The position numbers and the translations under genes were made by a program. DNA of 64,000 nt, taken from NCBI GenBank assembly GCA_963729625.1, contig CAVSOU010000008.1:352001-416000 (forward strand), given 5' to 3'. Under the pieces are notes generated by a model. It searched no databases. It was not told the DNA's origin and saw only the letters and a program-made list of their open reading frames with translations. Below are positions 41,001-51,079 of the stretch, piece after piece. Within the stretch, counting starts at the first letter, position 1, and each line of letters opens with the position of its first letter. Source of the stretch: an uncultured bacterium (lineage in GTDB: Bacteria > Chloroflexota > UBA5177 > JANWHV01).

Positions 41001-41453
41001 TCAGCGATAGGTGCGCGCCAGCTTGCGCAGCAGAGCGAGGAAGGCGCGCTGTTCCTCGAGATTGAGCACGGCTAGCCGGCTCGCGTGCCAGGCCTCCTGC
41101 CCCGGTACGACCTGCCTGAAGAGCGCGCGCCCGCATTCCGTCAGGAAAAGACGGTTGCAGCGTCCGTCCGCGCGGCGCTCCACCAGGCCACGCCGCGCCA
41201 GTCTATCAACGTGATATGTCACGTTTCCCTGGGTCACGAGGAGCGCGCGTGCGAGCTCTTGTTGCGTCAGGCCTTCACGGACCCCAACCTGTGCCAGAAT
41301 GTCGATCTCGGCGATCGAGAGCCCCATGGCGCGCAGGTGCCGTTCTTCGGCCCGCATCATGTCCCTCGCCAGGCGCATCAGCCGCACCCAGGCGATGGCG
41401 CCCAGCCGTGTGGCACGGGCTGTTGACCCTGCCGGTATTTTCATTGTGTCCAC
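41001..41453 (-). CDS. MarR family regulator
   Basis: LTQQELARALLVTQGNVT..DGRCNRLFLT. Confidence 0.92.
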   Translation of the reverse strand: MDTMKIPAGSTARATRLGAIAWVRLMRLARDMMRAEERHLRAMGLSIAEIDILAQVGVREGLTQQELARALLVTQGNVTYHVDRLARRGLVERRADGRCNRLFLTECGRALFRQVVPGQEAWHASRLAVLNLEEQRAFLALLRKLARTYR

Positions 41454-41474
41454 ATCGCCTGCCTCCCTACTCTC

Positions 41475-41503
41475 AGTTTAATATTAAAGAGTGTTTATGT
41501 CAA
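41475..41503 (-). promoter_or_regulatory. marR operon promoter with palindromic operator
   Basis: TTGACA-17-TAAACT overlapping the TTTAATATTAAA palindrome (41477-41488). Confidence 0.7.
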
Positions 41504-41574
41504 ACACGGGTGGCGCATGCATTGGTATGTTGAGAATGTGCGGCGTGATGAGACTGAAGACTCAGAGGGAGATC

Positions 41575-42321
41575 ATGAAATACGAAGGGATGCTTGCCGA
41601 AACGATCCGCATCACCGGGCACGGCGGCGATGAGATTGGCGCTTACTTTGCTCGCCCCATCGGCAGCGGCCCCTACGCGGGCGTCGTGGTCATTCACCAT
41701 ATGCCGGGCTGGGATGAAGCTACCAAGGAAATCACGCGCAAGTTCGCTGCACACGGCTACGCCGCCATCTGCCCGCACCTGCACTATCGCGAGGGACCCG
41801 ACGCCAGTCCCGACGACGCGGCGGCGGCGGCCCGGGCGGCCGGCGGCGTGCCGGACGATCGCTTCGCGGGCGACGCGGCGGGCGCGGTTCACTACCTGCG
41901 CGCGCTGCCCTACTCGAATGGGAAGGTGGGCGTCATCGGCTACTGCTCGGGAGGCCGCCAGGCCTATCTGGCCGCCTGCCGGTTACCGCTGGACGCCGCC
42001 GTGGACTGTTACGGCGCGTTCGTGGCAGGCCAGCCGCCTGCCGGATCGATGTCCCGCATTCAGCCGATCGTCGGGTTGACTCCTTCGCTGTCGTGCCCGG
42101 TGCTGGGTCTCTTCGGCGCTGAGGATCAGCACCCCTCGCCCGAGGAGACCGCGCAGGTTGGGGCAGCGCTCAAGGCCCACAATAAGGTCTACGAATTCCA
42201 CACCTATGAGGGCGCCGGGCATGGGTTCTTCGCGCCGGACCGTGCCAACTATCGCCAGGCGGCTGCCGTTGAAGGTTGGCAGCGGATCTGGACCTGGTTC
42301 GATCGTTACCTGAGCGCTTGA
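41575..42321 (+). CDS. Dienelactone hydrolase family protein
   Basis: GYCSGG nucleophile, AGHGF. Confidence 0.92.
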   Translation: MKYEGMLAETIRITGHGGDEIGAYFARPIGSGPYAGVVVIHHMPGWDEATKEITRKFAAHGYAAICPHLHYREGPDASPDDAAAAARAAGGVPDDRFAGDAAGAVHYLRALPYSNGKVGVIGYCSGGRQAYLAACRLPLDAAVDCYGAFVAGQPPAGSMSRIQPIVGLTPSLSCPVLGLFGAEDQHPSPEETAQVGAALKAHNKVYEFHTYEGAGHGFFAPDRANYRQAAAVEGWQRIWTWFDRYLSA

Positions 42322-42332
42322 GGAGGGACGGC

Positions 42333-42659
42333 ATGTGCTCCTACGTCACCAGGAAGACTGCCATTGCCGGCAGCGGTAAGGGACCCGACGGCTGGTTTCG
42401 CCTTGGCACGGCCACGGTATACTTCGACCACCCGTATCACGCGCCGTACGAGCATACGCTCAACATCGACTTCGCCAACGAGGCACTGGGCCCCGGCAGC
42501 CGCGTGGCCGTAGAGCTCAGCGCCGATTCTGCCCGGGAGCTTGTCCGCTGTATCGAAGAAGCGCTGGTCGAGGCAGGACCGTCGGCCCTTCACGCCACGT
42601 CCCGCGACGTTCGCGAGGCGGACAGCAGACGACACGGCGAGAGGGTGGCTACTACCTAG
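42333..42659 (+). CDS. Conserved small protein (DUF6295-like)
   Basis: MCSY..GSGKGPDGWF..YFDHPYHAPYEHTLNIDF..RVAVEL. Confidence 0.7.
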   Translation: MCSYVTRKTAIAGSGKGPDGWFRLGTATVYFDHPYHAPYEHTLNIDFANEALGPGSRVAVELSADSARELVRCIEEALVEAGPSALHATSRDVREADSRRHGERVATT

Positions 42660-42887
42660 CGCTGCGGCAACATTGCTAGGTGCCTTCAGGGGCCGCCTGC
42701 CGGATCCAGCTACCAGATTGGCAATTGACGGCCACGCCACACCTCCATACGATTCGCTTGAAGCGGAGTGGCGAGCGTCGCGCATCGGCAGCCGAAGTGG
42801 CGCCCGCTGCGGCGAGACCGCGATGCAGCCGATTCCGCCGGCAATCGAGGCGACGCCGGGACGGCGCCAAAAGGCAGACGATAGATT

Positions 42888-44057
42888 ATGCCCGGGCAGG
42901 CAGCAGCTTCCGTGGCTTCCGGCGCCACCGCGCCGGATGTACATACGGCTGCGCTTCGTGGTATTCCATGGCTCCGCATTGGCATGGCCGTGCTGGCATT
43001 GCGCGTGCTCATCAGCGCCGTGGGCGCCGGCATCGTCATCGTGCTTCCGAAGCCGCACCAGCTGCTCTCGGCCACAGGCTTGCTGCTGGATCCATGGCGT
43101 CAGTTTGACGCCTACCGCTTTATCGACATCGCCGCGAACGGCTACCAGGCAAACAGCTTGAACACCGCCTACATGCCACTCTATCCGCTGCTGCTGCGCG
43201 CAGTGACGTACCTCACCGGTGGTCACTATCTCACCGCCGGCCTGATTGTCTCGAACGTGGCCTGCGTGGCCGGCGTTGGGCTCTTCTGGCGCTGGGTCGC
43301 GGACTGCTTCGGGGAAGCCGTAGCGTGGCGGGCAGTAGCCGTGATGCTCTTCTTCCCCGATTCCTTCTACTTGCTTGGCGCTTACAGCGAGTCGCTCTTC
43401 CTTGCCTTCAGCGCCGGCTGCCTCCTGGCCTCGAGGCGGGGACATCCGGCCATAGCAGGAACATTGGGCGGGCTGGCCGTACTGACGCGGTTGCAGGGCC
43501 TGGTCCTGCTGGTCCCTATGGGTGTCGACGCGTGGCTGCGCGCCGGGCGGCAGGGCCGATTCAGTGCCGGTGACGCGTGCGTTGTCATTCCGCCCATTGC
43601 ACTGCTCATCTACCAGAGGCTGCTCACCGTCTCCGTTGGAGGCGCCGGCATCGTCGACACGTTTCAGCGCACCTGGCATATCACGCTACAGCCGCCCTGG
43701 ATGACGATCCGCCAATACCTCCAGGTAATCCATTCGCCGCAGTTCAGCTTCCTCCATTCCACAACCGCCAACTACGTGATGGTCTGGGACCTGCTGGTCG
43801 CGCTTCTCGTTCTCGGCGTTCTCCTGGGCGCCGCCAGGAGACTTGGCCCCGGGCTGTCGCTCTATGGCCTGGCCGCCTGGTGTTTCGCGCTCAGCCGGTG
43901 GTACTCGACCGGCCGGTACATGCTCGCGGTGCTGCCGTTCTTTGTCGCGGTGGCCCTGTTCGCGGACGCGAAGCGGATACAACGGGTCACGATCGTCAGC
44001 GCCCTGTTGATGGTCTTCTTCGCGTCGCAGTTCGCGCAGGGCAGCTGGATAGACTGA
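42888..44057 (+). CDS. GT-C (PIG-V-like) mannosyltransferase-family membrane protein
   Basis: WRQFDAYRFIDIAANGY, YMPLYP, YSESLF, multiple TM. Confidence 0.85.
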   Translation: MPGQAAASVASGATAPDVHTAALRGIPWLRIGMAVLALRVLISAVGAGIVIVLPKPHQLLSATGLLLDPWRQFDAYRFIDIAANGYQANSLNTAYMPLYPLLLRAVTYLTGGHYLTAGLIVSNVACVAGVGLFWRWVADCFGEAVAWRAVAVMLFFPDSFYLLGAYSESLFLAFSAGCLLASRRGHPAIAGTLGGLAVLTRLQGLVLLVPMGVDAWLRAGRQGRFSAGDACVVIPPIALLIYQRLLTVSVGGAGIVDTFQRTWHITLQPPWMTIRQYLQVIHSPQFSFLHSTTANYVMVWDLLVALLVLGVLLGAARRLGPGLSLYGLAAWCFALSRWYSTGRYMLAVLPFFVAVALFADAKRIQRVTIVSALLMVFFASQFAQGSWID

Positions 44058-44548
44058 CGCGGTCAAGGCGTGCCTGAGTGAAATGGCCTTGCTCGAGGCT
44101 GTCTGGGAACGCTCTTGTATCCGCCCTCAGCCGGCACGCTCGCGCGCGGGCGCCCTGGTGCCTCCTCACCAGCCATCATGCCCTCTTGCGCAGTCACGCC
44201 GCCGTACGCTCAGCAGTCTATGGTTATGGCACGCGGCGATCGCGAGCAGGGCGGACAGCGCATGTCCGCGCTCCCAGGAGTCTGCGAGCACAGCGAATGA
44301 TCGCACGCCCCCAATTACTTCATCCAGATGCGCGGGCGCAGGCAGTCGCAGTGGTTGCGGACGGGAACAAGGCGTAGAATCCTAGCCGTGCATGCCGGGT
44401 GGCGCCGGCATGGCACGCCGGAGTCGTGCCGCGCAGGGCCCGTAGTCGTAGCGAGCGTTCCGGGCGCGTGTGCGGATAAGGTTATCTTCATAAGGGTAGG
44501 TGTTTGGCCTCCGGCCGCGGCCGGAGACCAAACGTCCAGGGAGATGGC

Positions 44549-45286
44549 ATGGGACGGCGCGAGCCAGATAGACATACCGCATATTTCGACCTGCTCGAAG
44601 CGTGCAAGCAGGAGGGCTGCCCTGTCTGTACGCTCACGCTCGTGGCAGTAGCCCACTACCTGGACGCCATCATCTATGAGAGTGTGAACGACCCTCCCAC
44701 GCGCCTGGAGCTCGTAGCGGCCTCGGGCTATTGCAACGAGCATTCCTGGCAGCTGCGCGACATGGGCGCCGCCCTGGGCGCGGCGATCATGTACCGCGAT
44801 GTGCTGCGCCAGGCGGCCGCGGCCTTCGATAGCCGGGCGCGCCGCGATGGGTTGCGGCTGTTTTCCGGCAGGCGCAGGGTAGGGTGGTCGCGGCGCTGGC
44901 TGCGTGGCAGGGCACGCATCACGGGCCGCGCCCTCGCCGATCCCCATACGGACTGCCCAGCCTGCCGGATGCGGGAACACGCCGAGCTGCTCTATCTGGG
45001 GGTCTTGCTCGAACACGTCGGCGAGACAGAGGCGACGGACGCCTTTCGCGGCAGCGCCGGCCTGTGCCTGGTACACCTCGATCGGGTAGCGGCGATCGCA
45101 CCCAAGAAAGCAGCGCTCGATCGCCTGCTGAAGCTGGAAGGAGAACTGCTGCGCGCGCTCGACGACGACCTGAGCGAGTTCGCACGCAAGCACGACTACC
45201 GGTTCCAGGGCGAGAAGATCGGGGCCGAGGGCGATGCCTGGATCCGCGCCATCGGTCTGGTCGCCGGCAAACCGGGCATTCGCTGA
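44549..45286 (+). CDS. DUF6062-like Cys/His-rich protein
   Basis: Duplicated CPxC..G.C..H pattern. Confidence 0.75.
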   Translation: MGRREPDRHTAYFDLLEACKQEGCPVCTLTLVAVAHYLDAIIYESVNDPPTRLELVAASGYCNEHSWQLRDMGAALGAAIMYRDVLRQAAAAFDSRARRDGLRLFSGRRRVGWSRRWLRGRARITGRALADPHTDCPACRMREHAELLYLGVLLEHVGETEATDAFRGSAGLCLVHLDRVAAIAPKKAALDRLLKLEGELLRALDDDLSEFARKHDYRFQGEKIGAEGDAWIRAIGLVAGKPGIR

Positions 45287-45606
45287 ACACGGACGCCAAC
45301 ACCGGCTGGCTCATCGACAAGGGCATCCAGGTCATTCATTGCCAGCAGCCAAGCAGCGACTTCCGCTTGCACGCACAGCCCACGGAGCAGGTCAGGGAGC
45401 AGGCTCAAGCGGGTATCATCGCGGAGGTTTCCCGGACCCTGCCATAAAGCAGTAGAGTAGTGGCATGTGTGGACAACCAGGCTGAAATGCCCGGCGCTAC
45501 ATCCGGCCACAGCCGGCCCCGGCCCTGCCATCCGCCGCAGCTGGAGGTCATATGCATGGGAAGTCGGGCCGGAGGCTCAATAGTTACCCTTACAGGGAGG
45601 CGCGCC

Positions 45607-48420
45607 GTGGCTGAATACCGCAAGAAGCTGATCGAGGTGGCGCTGCCGCTCGAAGCCATCAACGTTGCGTCGGCGCGCGAGAAGAGCATCCGGCATGGCC
45701 ACCCCTCCACGCTCCACCTCTGGTGGGCGCGCCGGCCGCTCGCCGCCTGTCGCGCCGTCCTGTTTGCCTCACTGGTTGATGACCCCAGCTCGCTTCCCGA
45801 GCAGTTTCCCACCCTCGAAGCGCAGGAAACAGAAAGGCAGCGCCTGTTCCGCATCATCGAGAAGCTGGTGTTGTGGGAGAACACCACCAACGAGGGGGTG
45901 CTGGACGAGGCGCGCGCCGAGATCATGCGATCGACTGGCGGCCATCCGCCCCCGGTGCTCGACCCCTTCTGCGGCGGCGGCTCCATTCCACTGGAGGCCC
46001 AGAGGCTGGGCCTGGAAGCGCACGCCAGCGACCTCAACCCGGTGGCCGTGCTGATTACCAAGGCGCTGATCGAGATCCCGCCGAAGTTCGCCAACATGCC
46101 GCCCGTGCATCCGGGCGAGCGCATGGCCCGGTCGTGGAAAGGCGCGCAGGGACTGGCTGAGGACGTCCGCTATTACGGCAAGTGGATGCGCGACGAGGCG
46201 TTCAAGCGTATCGGCCATCTTTACCCGAAGGCCCAGCTGCCCAAGGAGCACGGCGGGGGCGAGGCCACGGTGATCGCCTGGCTGTGGGCGCGCACCGTCA
46301 CCTGTCCAAATCCCGCGTGTGGTGCCAGGATGCCCCTAACACGTTCCTTTTGGCTTTCGACAAAGCCAGGCAATCGGGCGTTTATCGAGTATGCTGTCGA
46401 TCGCACCACGAAGGAAGTTGGGTTCAAGGTATTCATCGGGCAGGGAACCCCGCCCGATGGCACTCTGGATCGCCGTGGCGCGCGCTGCGTTGTCTGCGAC
46501 GCTCCAATTCCATTCGACGTTGTGCGGGCAGAAGGAAATGCTGGACGATTGGGCGCACAACTCATGGCGATCGCCGCTGAAGGAAATCGCGGGCGGATTT
46601 TTCTGTCGCCTACACCCGAGCATGAACTCGTGGCCAAGAACGCAACGCCCACTTGGAAGCCCGATTCTCAGTTGCCGGAACATGGGTTAGGTTTCCGGGT
46701 TCAACCATATGGACTGACAAGACACTCGGACCTCTTCACAGATCGCCAACTCGTAGCACTAACTACGTTCAGCGACCTTATCAGTGAGGCGCGTGGGAAG
46801 ATACTTTCTGACATGGCGACGTCTCACGATTTGGCAGGTCGAATCGCACCTGTAGCTGAAAGCGTCGATGGACCGACTGACTATGTTGACGCACTTTCGA
46901 CATACCTTGCGCTGTCGGTCAGCAAAGCAGCCGACCTGGCTTCGACACTTTGCCACTGGCAGCCGAATCCACAACACCTGAAGATTGCGCCAACTTTCTC
47001 TAGGCATGCGGTCCCAATGTCTTGGGATTACGCGGAGGGAAACCCGTTCAGCGGCTCATCTGGAAACTTCAGCAGGCAGTGGGAGTTGATAGCTGAACTC
47101 CTTGATGAGACTTATTCCGAGATCCCGTCCGTTGTCCAGCAACAGGATGCAATGACATACCGACAGGATGAACCCAAAGTATTGGTCTCGACAGATCCAC
47201 CTTACTATGACAACATCGGATACGCTGACCTTTCGGACTTCTTCTATATTTGGCTGCGTGCCGTGCTCGAGAGAACTCATCCAGCCTTGTTCACAACCTT
47301 GCTCGTCCCCAAGAGCAACGAGCTTATAGCTGATCAGCACCGACACGCCGGTAGGGCTGGGGCTCATCAGTTCTTCGAAAATGGACTGGCAACGGTGTTC
47401 AGCGGGCTCCGGCGGGTGCAGGATTCGAACGTCCCGATGACGGTCTTCTACGCATTCAGGCAGGTTGAAAATGATAACAATCTAGGCGAGTCGGGCGACG
47501 ATCAATTGGTCGTGGCATCTACCGGCTGGGAAACCATGCTGGAGGGTTTGCTCAGCGGCGGATTCACAGTTCTTGGTACATGGCCGATGCGCACCGAGCG
47601 CTCCGGCCGCCTGCGAGAGAACGGGAGCAACGCCTTAGCCTCCTCAATCGTGCTCGTCTGTCGTCCTCGGTCGGAGGCGGCAACCGTCGGGACACGCCGT
47701 GAGTTCCTTCAGACTCTAAAGCACGAACTGCCCGAGGCGCTGCGATTGATGCAACACGGCAATATCGCGCCGGTGGACCTGGCGCAAGCGGCCATCGGCC
47801 CCGGCATGGCAGTGTATTCGCGCTACTTGAAGGTGCTCGAGCCCGACGGCAGCCCCCTGCCCGTACGTGCCGCCCTTGCGCTGATCAACCAGACCCTCGA
47901 CGAGGTTCTGGCCGAGCAGGAAGGTGAGTTCGACGCCGATACGCGCTGGGCGCTGGCCTGGTTTCAGCAGTTCGGTGTTGACGAAGGACCCTACGGCACC
48001 GCGGAGACGCTCTCCACCGCCAAGAACACCAGCGTGGCCGGCATGGTGCAGGCCGGCATCGTCCAGGCTAGCGGCGGCAAGGTGCGATTGCTCAAGCGCG
48101 AGGAGCTATCAGCAGATTGGAATCCGGCGAACGATGCACGCCTCACGGTGTGGGAGACCTGCCAGCACCTGATCCGTACACTGCAGGATGAAGGCGAGCA
48201 GGCGGCTGCCGCGCTCCTGGCTGCATCAGGGCAGGCGGGCGAGAATGCCCGCGACCTTGCATACCGGCTCTACGTGATCTGCGAGCGGAAGGGCTGGGCC
48301 TCCGAGGCGCTTGCCTACAACAGCCTGGTGACGACATGGTCGGCGCTGGGCAGGACGGCGGCGCAAGCGGAGGAGCGGAAGCGCGCGCCGGTGCAGGGTA
48401 CTTTGCAAGGAATGGCCTAG
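45607..48420 (+). CDS. DUF1156 DNA methyltransferase (HmaB-type)
   Basis: KKLIEVALPL, HLWWARRP, DPFCGGGSIP, TDPPYY; RBS GGGAGG before GTG 45607. Confidence 0.93.
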   Translation: MAEYRKKLIEVALPLEAINVASAREKSIRHGHPSTLHLWWARRPLAACRAVLFASLVDDPSSLPEQFPTLEAQETERQRLFRIIEKLVLWENTTNEGVLDEARAEIMRSTGGHPPPVLDPFCGGGSIPLEAQRLGLEAHASDLNPVAVLITKALIEIPPKFANMPPVHPGERMARSWKGAQGLAEDVRYYGKWMRDEAFKRIGHLYPKAQLPKEHGGGEATVIAWLWARTVTCPNPACGARMPLTRSFWLSTKPGNRAFIEYAVDRTTKEVGFKVFIGQGTPPDGTLDRRGARCVVCDAPIPFDVVRAEGNAGRLGAQLMAIAAEGNRGRIFLSPTPEHELVAKNATPTWKPDSQLPEHGLGFRVQPYGLTRHSDLFTDRQLVALTTFSDLISEARGKILSDMATSHDLAGRIAPVAESVDGPTDYVDALSTYLALSVSKAADLASTLCHWQPNPQHLKIAPTFSRHAVPMSWDYAEGNPFSGSSGNFSRQWELIAELLDETYSEIPSVVQQQDAMTYRQDEPKVLVSTDPPYYDNIGYADLSDFFYIWLRAVLERTHPALFTTLLVPKSNELIADQHRHAGRAGAHQFFENGLATVFSGLRRVQDSNVPMTVFYAFRQVENDNNLGESGDDQLVVASTGWETMLEGLLSGGFTVLGTWPMRTERSGRLRENGSNALASSIVLVCRPRSEAATVGTRREFLQTLKHELPEALRLMQHGNIAPVDLAQAAIGPGMAVYSRYLKVLEPDGSPLPVRAALALINQTLDEVLAEQEGEFDADTRWALAWFQQFGVDEGPYGTAETLSTAKNTSVAGMVQAGIVQASGGKVRLLKREELSADWNPANDARLTVWETCQHLIRTLQDEGEQAAAALLAASGQAGENARDLAYRLYVICERKGWASEALAYNSLVTTWSALGRTAAQAEERKRAPVQGTLQGMA

Positions 48421-48471
48421 ACAAGCCTCGATAAACCTGTCCATCACGTTGTGGGTGTATGCCTAGTTTGA

Positions 48472-49644
48472 ATGCGTAGGGCGATGAATAGCGGAGTGCT
48501 GGCAGCACTCGTCGTGCGCGGCGACGGTCTATTCGCACGTGCCGGCGGACTTGACCCAATAGCGGATGGTTTGCAGGCGTATTGCGCCGACTGTGGTGTG
48601 GTCATGCTGCTCCTGGCTCGCGACTGGGGTGCCATGCCAGTGCTCTCACAGGCTCGCCTGTCTCGTCCGCACGAGATCCTGCAAGTTTCGAGCACAGCCG
48701 ATTCTGCGCGTCGACTTCAGGAGCGCCTCAGCACGATGGGAGTGCCCCTCTCGCACGTTGTGTATATCGGCTACGGTGTGCACGACGCCGACGATGCCCG
48801 GCACCTACGTGTTCCCTATCTGTCAGCCGCATGGGCGGGCAAGAGTCCGGGATCGGGAGTGCAGTTGGATAGCGCCGACCACCTGACCGAGTATTTGCGA
48901 ACCTTCCTTGCAAAGCAGCGTCTGTGGCTTCAAGAAAACGCTGTAGCTGGCAGCTGCGGCCTTGCTGACTTTGCGTGGCTGAGCGTAGCCGCTGAAAGTG
49001 AAGGATCGCGGGCTTTTCGGTTGGCGTTCTTCTGCGAGCACTTGTTCACGAGTCTTGCGCTTAGTGACCTTGGGCGTTGGGCAGACGTATGGACGGTCGA
49101 CGGCGACTCTGACGGATCTGATCGACTGCTGAAGTTGGCACGCGCCCGAAGCTGCCTGTTTGGTGCGCCTGTGGTGCGACTGCCTCTGACATCACACTTG
49201 CCAGAAGGCCGCTCGCTCGCCGGCAAGAAGGCATTGCTGCTGCAGTATTGCCCTAGTCGACATGACCAGGACGTTGCCACAGCCGAATTGACTCACTCGG
49301 GTGCGACTTCTGTTCGTTGTGCGAGTCTGTTCACGACACGAGACGACAACTCCCAGCTCGACTTTGACGCCGATTGTGCTCGGTATGCTGATGAAATGCT
49401 CGCTGCGGCGGACCGGTTCGTCCAGCGTTACACTGAGCGACGGCGTAGACGTCAAGGTACGGCTGAGGAAAGAGCATGGGAGTCAGATGACGCAGACGGT
49501 GAGCATTGGATGGCGCACTGGAGCGACGCCAACCGCCATGAGACGAGATTTGGAGACAAGCGTCTCGGATGGCTAGCGCATGAGGGGGGTGCCTTTGGCT
49601 CTGTCTCGCTCTACGATGACTACAGTGACGAAGGCGAGGCATAG
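48472..49644 (+). CDS. Hypothetical cargo protein with degenerate HAD-like and PRTase-like segments and an acidic tail
   Basis: VVYIGYGVHDADDAR..AAW (HAD motif IV-like); LAGKKALLL..GATSVRCASL (ComF/PRT-like). Confidence 0.55.
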   Translation: MRRAMNSGVLAALVVRGDGLFARAGGLDPIADGLQAYCADCGVVMLLLARDWGAMPVLSQARLSRPHEILQVSSTADSARRLQERLSTMGVPLSHVVYIGYGVHDADDARHLRVPYLSAAWAGKSPGSGVQLDSADHLTEYLRTFLAKQRLWLQENAVAGSCGLADFAWLSVAAESEGSRAFRLAFFCEHLFTSLALSDLGRWADVWTVDGDSDGSDRLLKLARARSCLFGAPVVRLPLTSHLPEGRSLAGKKALLLQYCPSRHDQDVATAELTHSGATSVRCASLFTTRDDNSQLDFDADCARYADEMLAAADRFVQRYTERRRRRQGTAEERAWESDDADGEHWMAHWSDANRHETRFGDKRLGWLAHEGGAFGSVSLYDDYSDEGEA

Positions 49645-49715
49645 TCCAAGCATGGCAGCTCGAGGCTGGAGGGGGGTTCCCTCGCAACACCGCATTCAAA
49701 GTGGACTGCAAGTAG

Positions 49716-49979
49716 ATGACTGTAACCGCCGATATGGTTCGGGATGCATACGAGGCAGATCGCCTTGCCAGACATACAGGGACCCGGAGGATGTCGGTTC
49801 CGCAGTTCCTCAAGTTGACGAAGTCCGGTGCAGCCCTCATTGATGCACTCGCTCAATTCGAGAGAGGTCGCCTGGTGCTCCGGACTTATCAGCTCATGAG
49901 AACTTCAGCCGAGGGTGTCGGCGCCGAAGCGAGATCTGCGAATGAAGGGTGTGTCTGGGCCAATCTGGTCCGTCAATGA
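49716..49979 (+). CDS. Hypothetical protein
   Basis: 87-aa ORF co-oriented with the cargo; no motif. Confidence 0.3.
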   Translation: MTVTADMVRDAYEADRLARHTGTRRMSVPQFLKLTKSGAALIDALAQFERGRLVLRTYQLMRTSAEGVGAEARSANEGCVWANLVRQ

Positions 49980-50180
49980 GTACCTAACCGAATCGCCGTG
50001 GACTACAACGGCGGTTGGACTTCGACCATACGATGACGCCGATGAGCCTGGCTAGGCCCATGCTACCGTGTAGACAAAGCGTCCCACTTCCGGCTTCTGC
50101 CTTTGGGTATAGAGTCTAGTGCGGAAAGCAGCGAAACTGCGCAGATTAGCGACAAACATGCCGCCATGAAGGGTTGATGC

Positions 50181-50261
50181 ATGGCTACCTAAAACTATGA
50201 ACGTGTCGGCCGAACCCTTGAAGTCCTGAAGGACGCGCTCCGCCCATATATCAAGCGCGAG
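50181..50261 (+). pseudogene. Remnant 1 of the DUF499 ATPase 5' end
   Basis: MAT*NYERVGRTLEVLKDALRPYIKRE vs MATSNYERVGRTLELLKDALRPYIERE at 57510. Confidence 0.92.
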
Positions 50262-50268
50262 CGTCCCG

Positions 50269-50397
50269 ACCGCGCGGCACATCGATAGTGACACACCAGC
50301 TTCTTGTTCAGGACTGAGATGCCAAACGCTACCAGGAGCGCGACATCCGCAACGCGCTACGCCGAATCCAAGAGGCCGGTCAAGGGACGGGCGCAAA
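50269..50397 (+). repeat. 129-bp direct repeat, copy 1 (copy 2 at 52774-52902)
   Basis: Offset 2505; one mismatch seen. Confidence 0.92.
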
Positions 50398-50851
50398 GAT
50401 CCCTGGCCCTCCTGGTCGCGCTCCTGGCCGGCGCAGAGTCCGATGCGAACCGTGGGCGCAGTCTCATCCTGCTGGAGGAGCTGGAGACTGCGCTGCACCC
50501 AGGGGCCACGAGAGTGCTGCTGGATGCGATGTCCGAGGCCAGCGAACACTCGCAAGTAGTAGTCACGACGCACAGCCCGGACCTTCTCGACCAGAAAGAC
50601 ATCCCCGAAGATTCCGTCCTCGCGGTCGAAGCCGAGGAGGGAGTCGCGAGGATCGGCCCGATCGATGAGGTGGGACGTTCGGCCATTCGCGACCGCCTGT
50701 TCACAGCCGGCGACCTCTTGCGAACCGCGGGCCTGCACCCCACTGGCGCCGAGGCAGGCGGAGCCAGCCTAGATGGGCGAATGGGCCAGGCCAGTGTGCA
50801 TTGCCTGCATCGTCGAGGGCGCTGGCGAGGCAGAGGCAGTCCCGGAGCTCG
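50397..50851 (+). pseudogene. Duplicate of the AAA ATPase 3' end and DUF4276 start (54027-54489)
   Basis: RSLALLVALLAG..LHPGATR..TTHSPDLLD; small deletion near 50755. Confidence 0.92.
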
Positions 50852-51079
50852 CTCAGCGCCGGCGGGCTGGTGGCGGCGCCGGGTGAGCAACCTGCACTGT
50901 AGGGTGACCCCCAGGCCGCGCGGCAGAAGCGACTGACCGCGGTGCTGCAGGCACACGCGCAGCGGCATGGAAAGACGGCCTTCCACCACTGGCAGGTCGA
51001 CCCGCTGGCGGACGATGAATGGCAACAGGAGGATGGCATCGCATGACTCGGCGTCTGCGCCGAAAGCAGCCTGGTCGAG

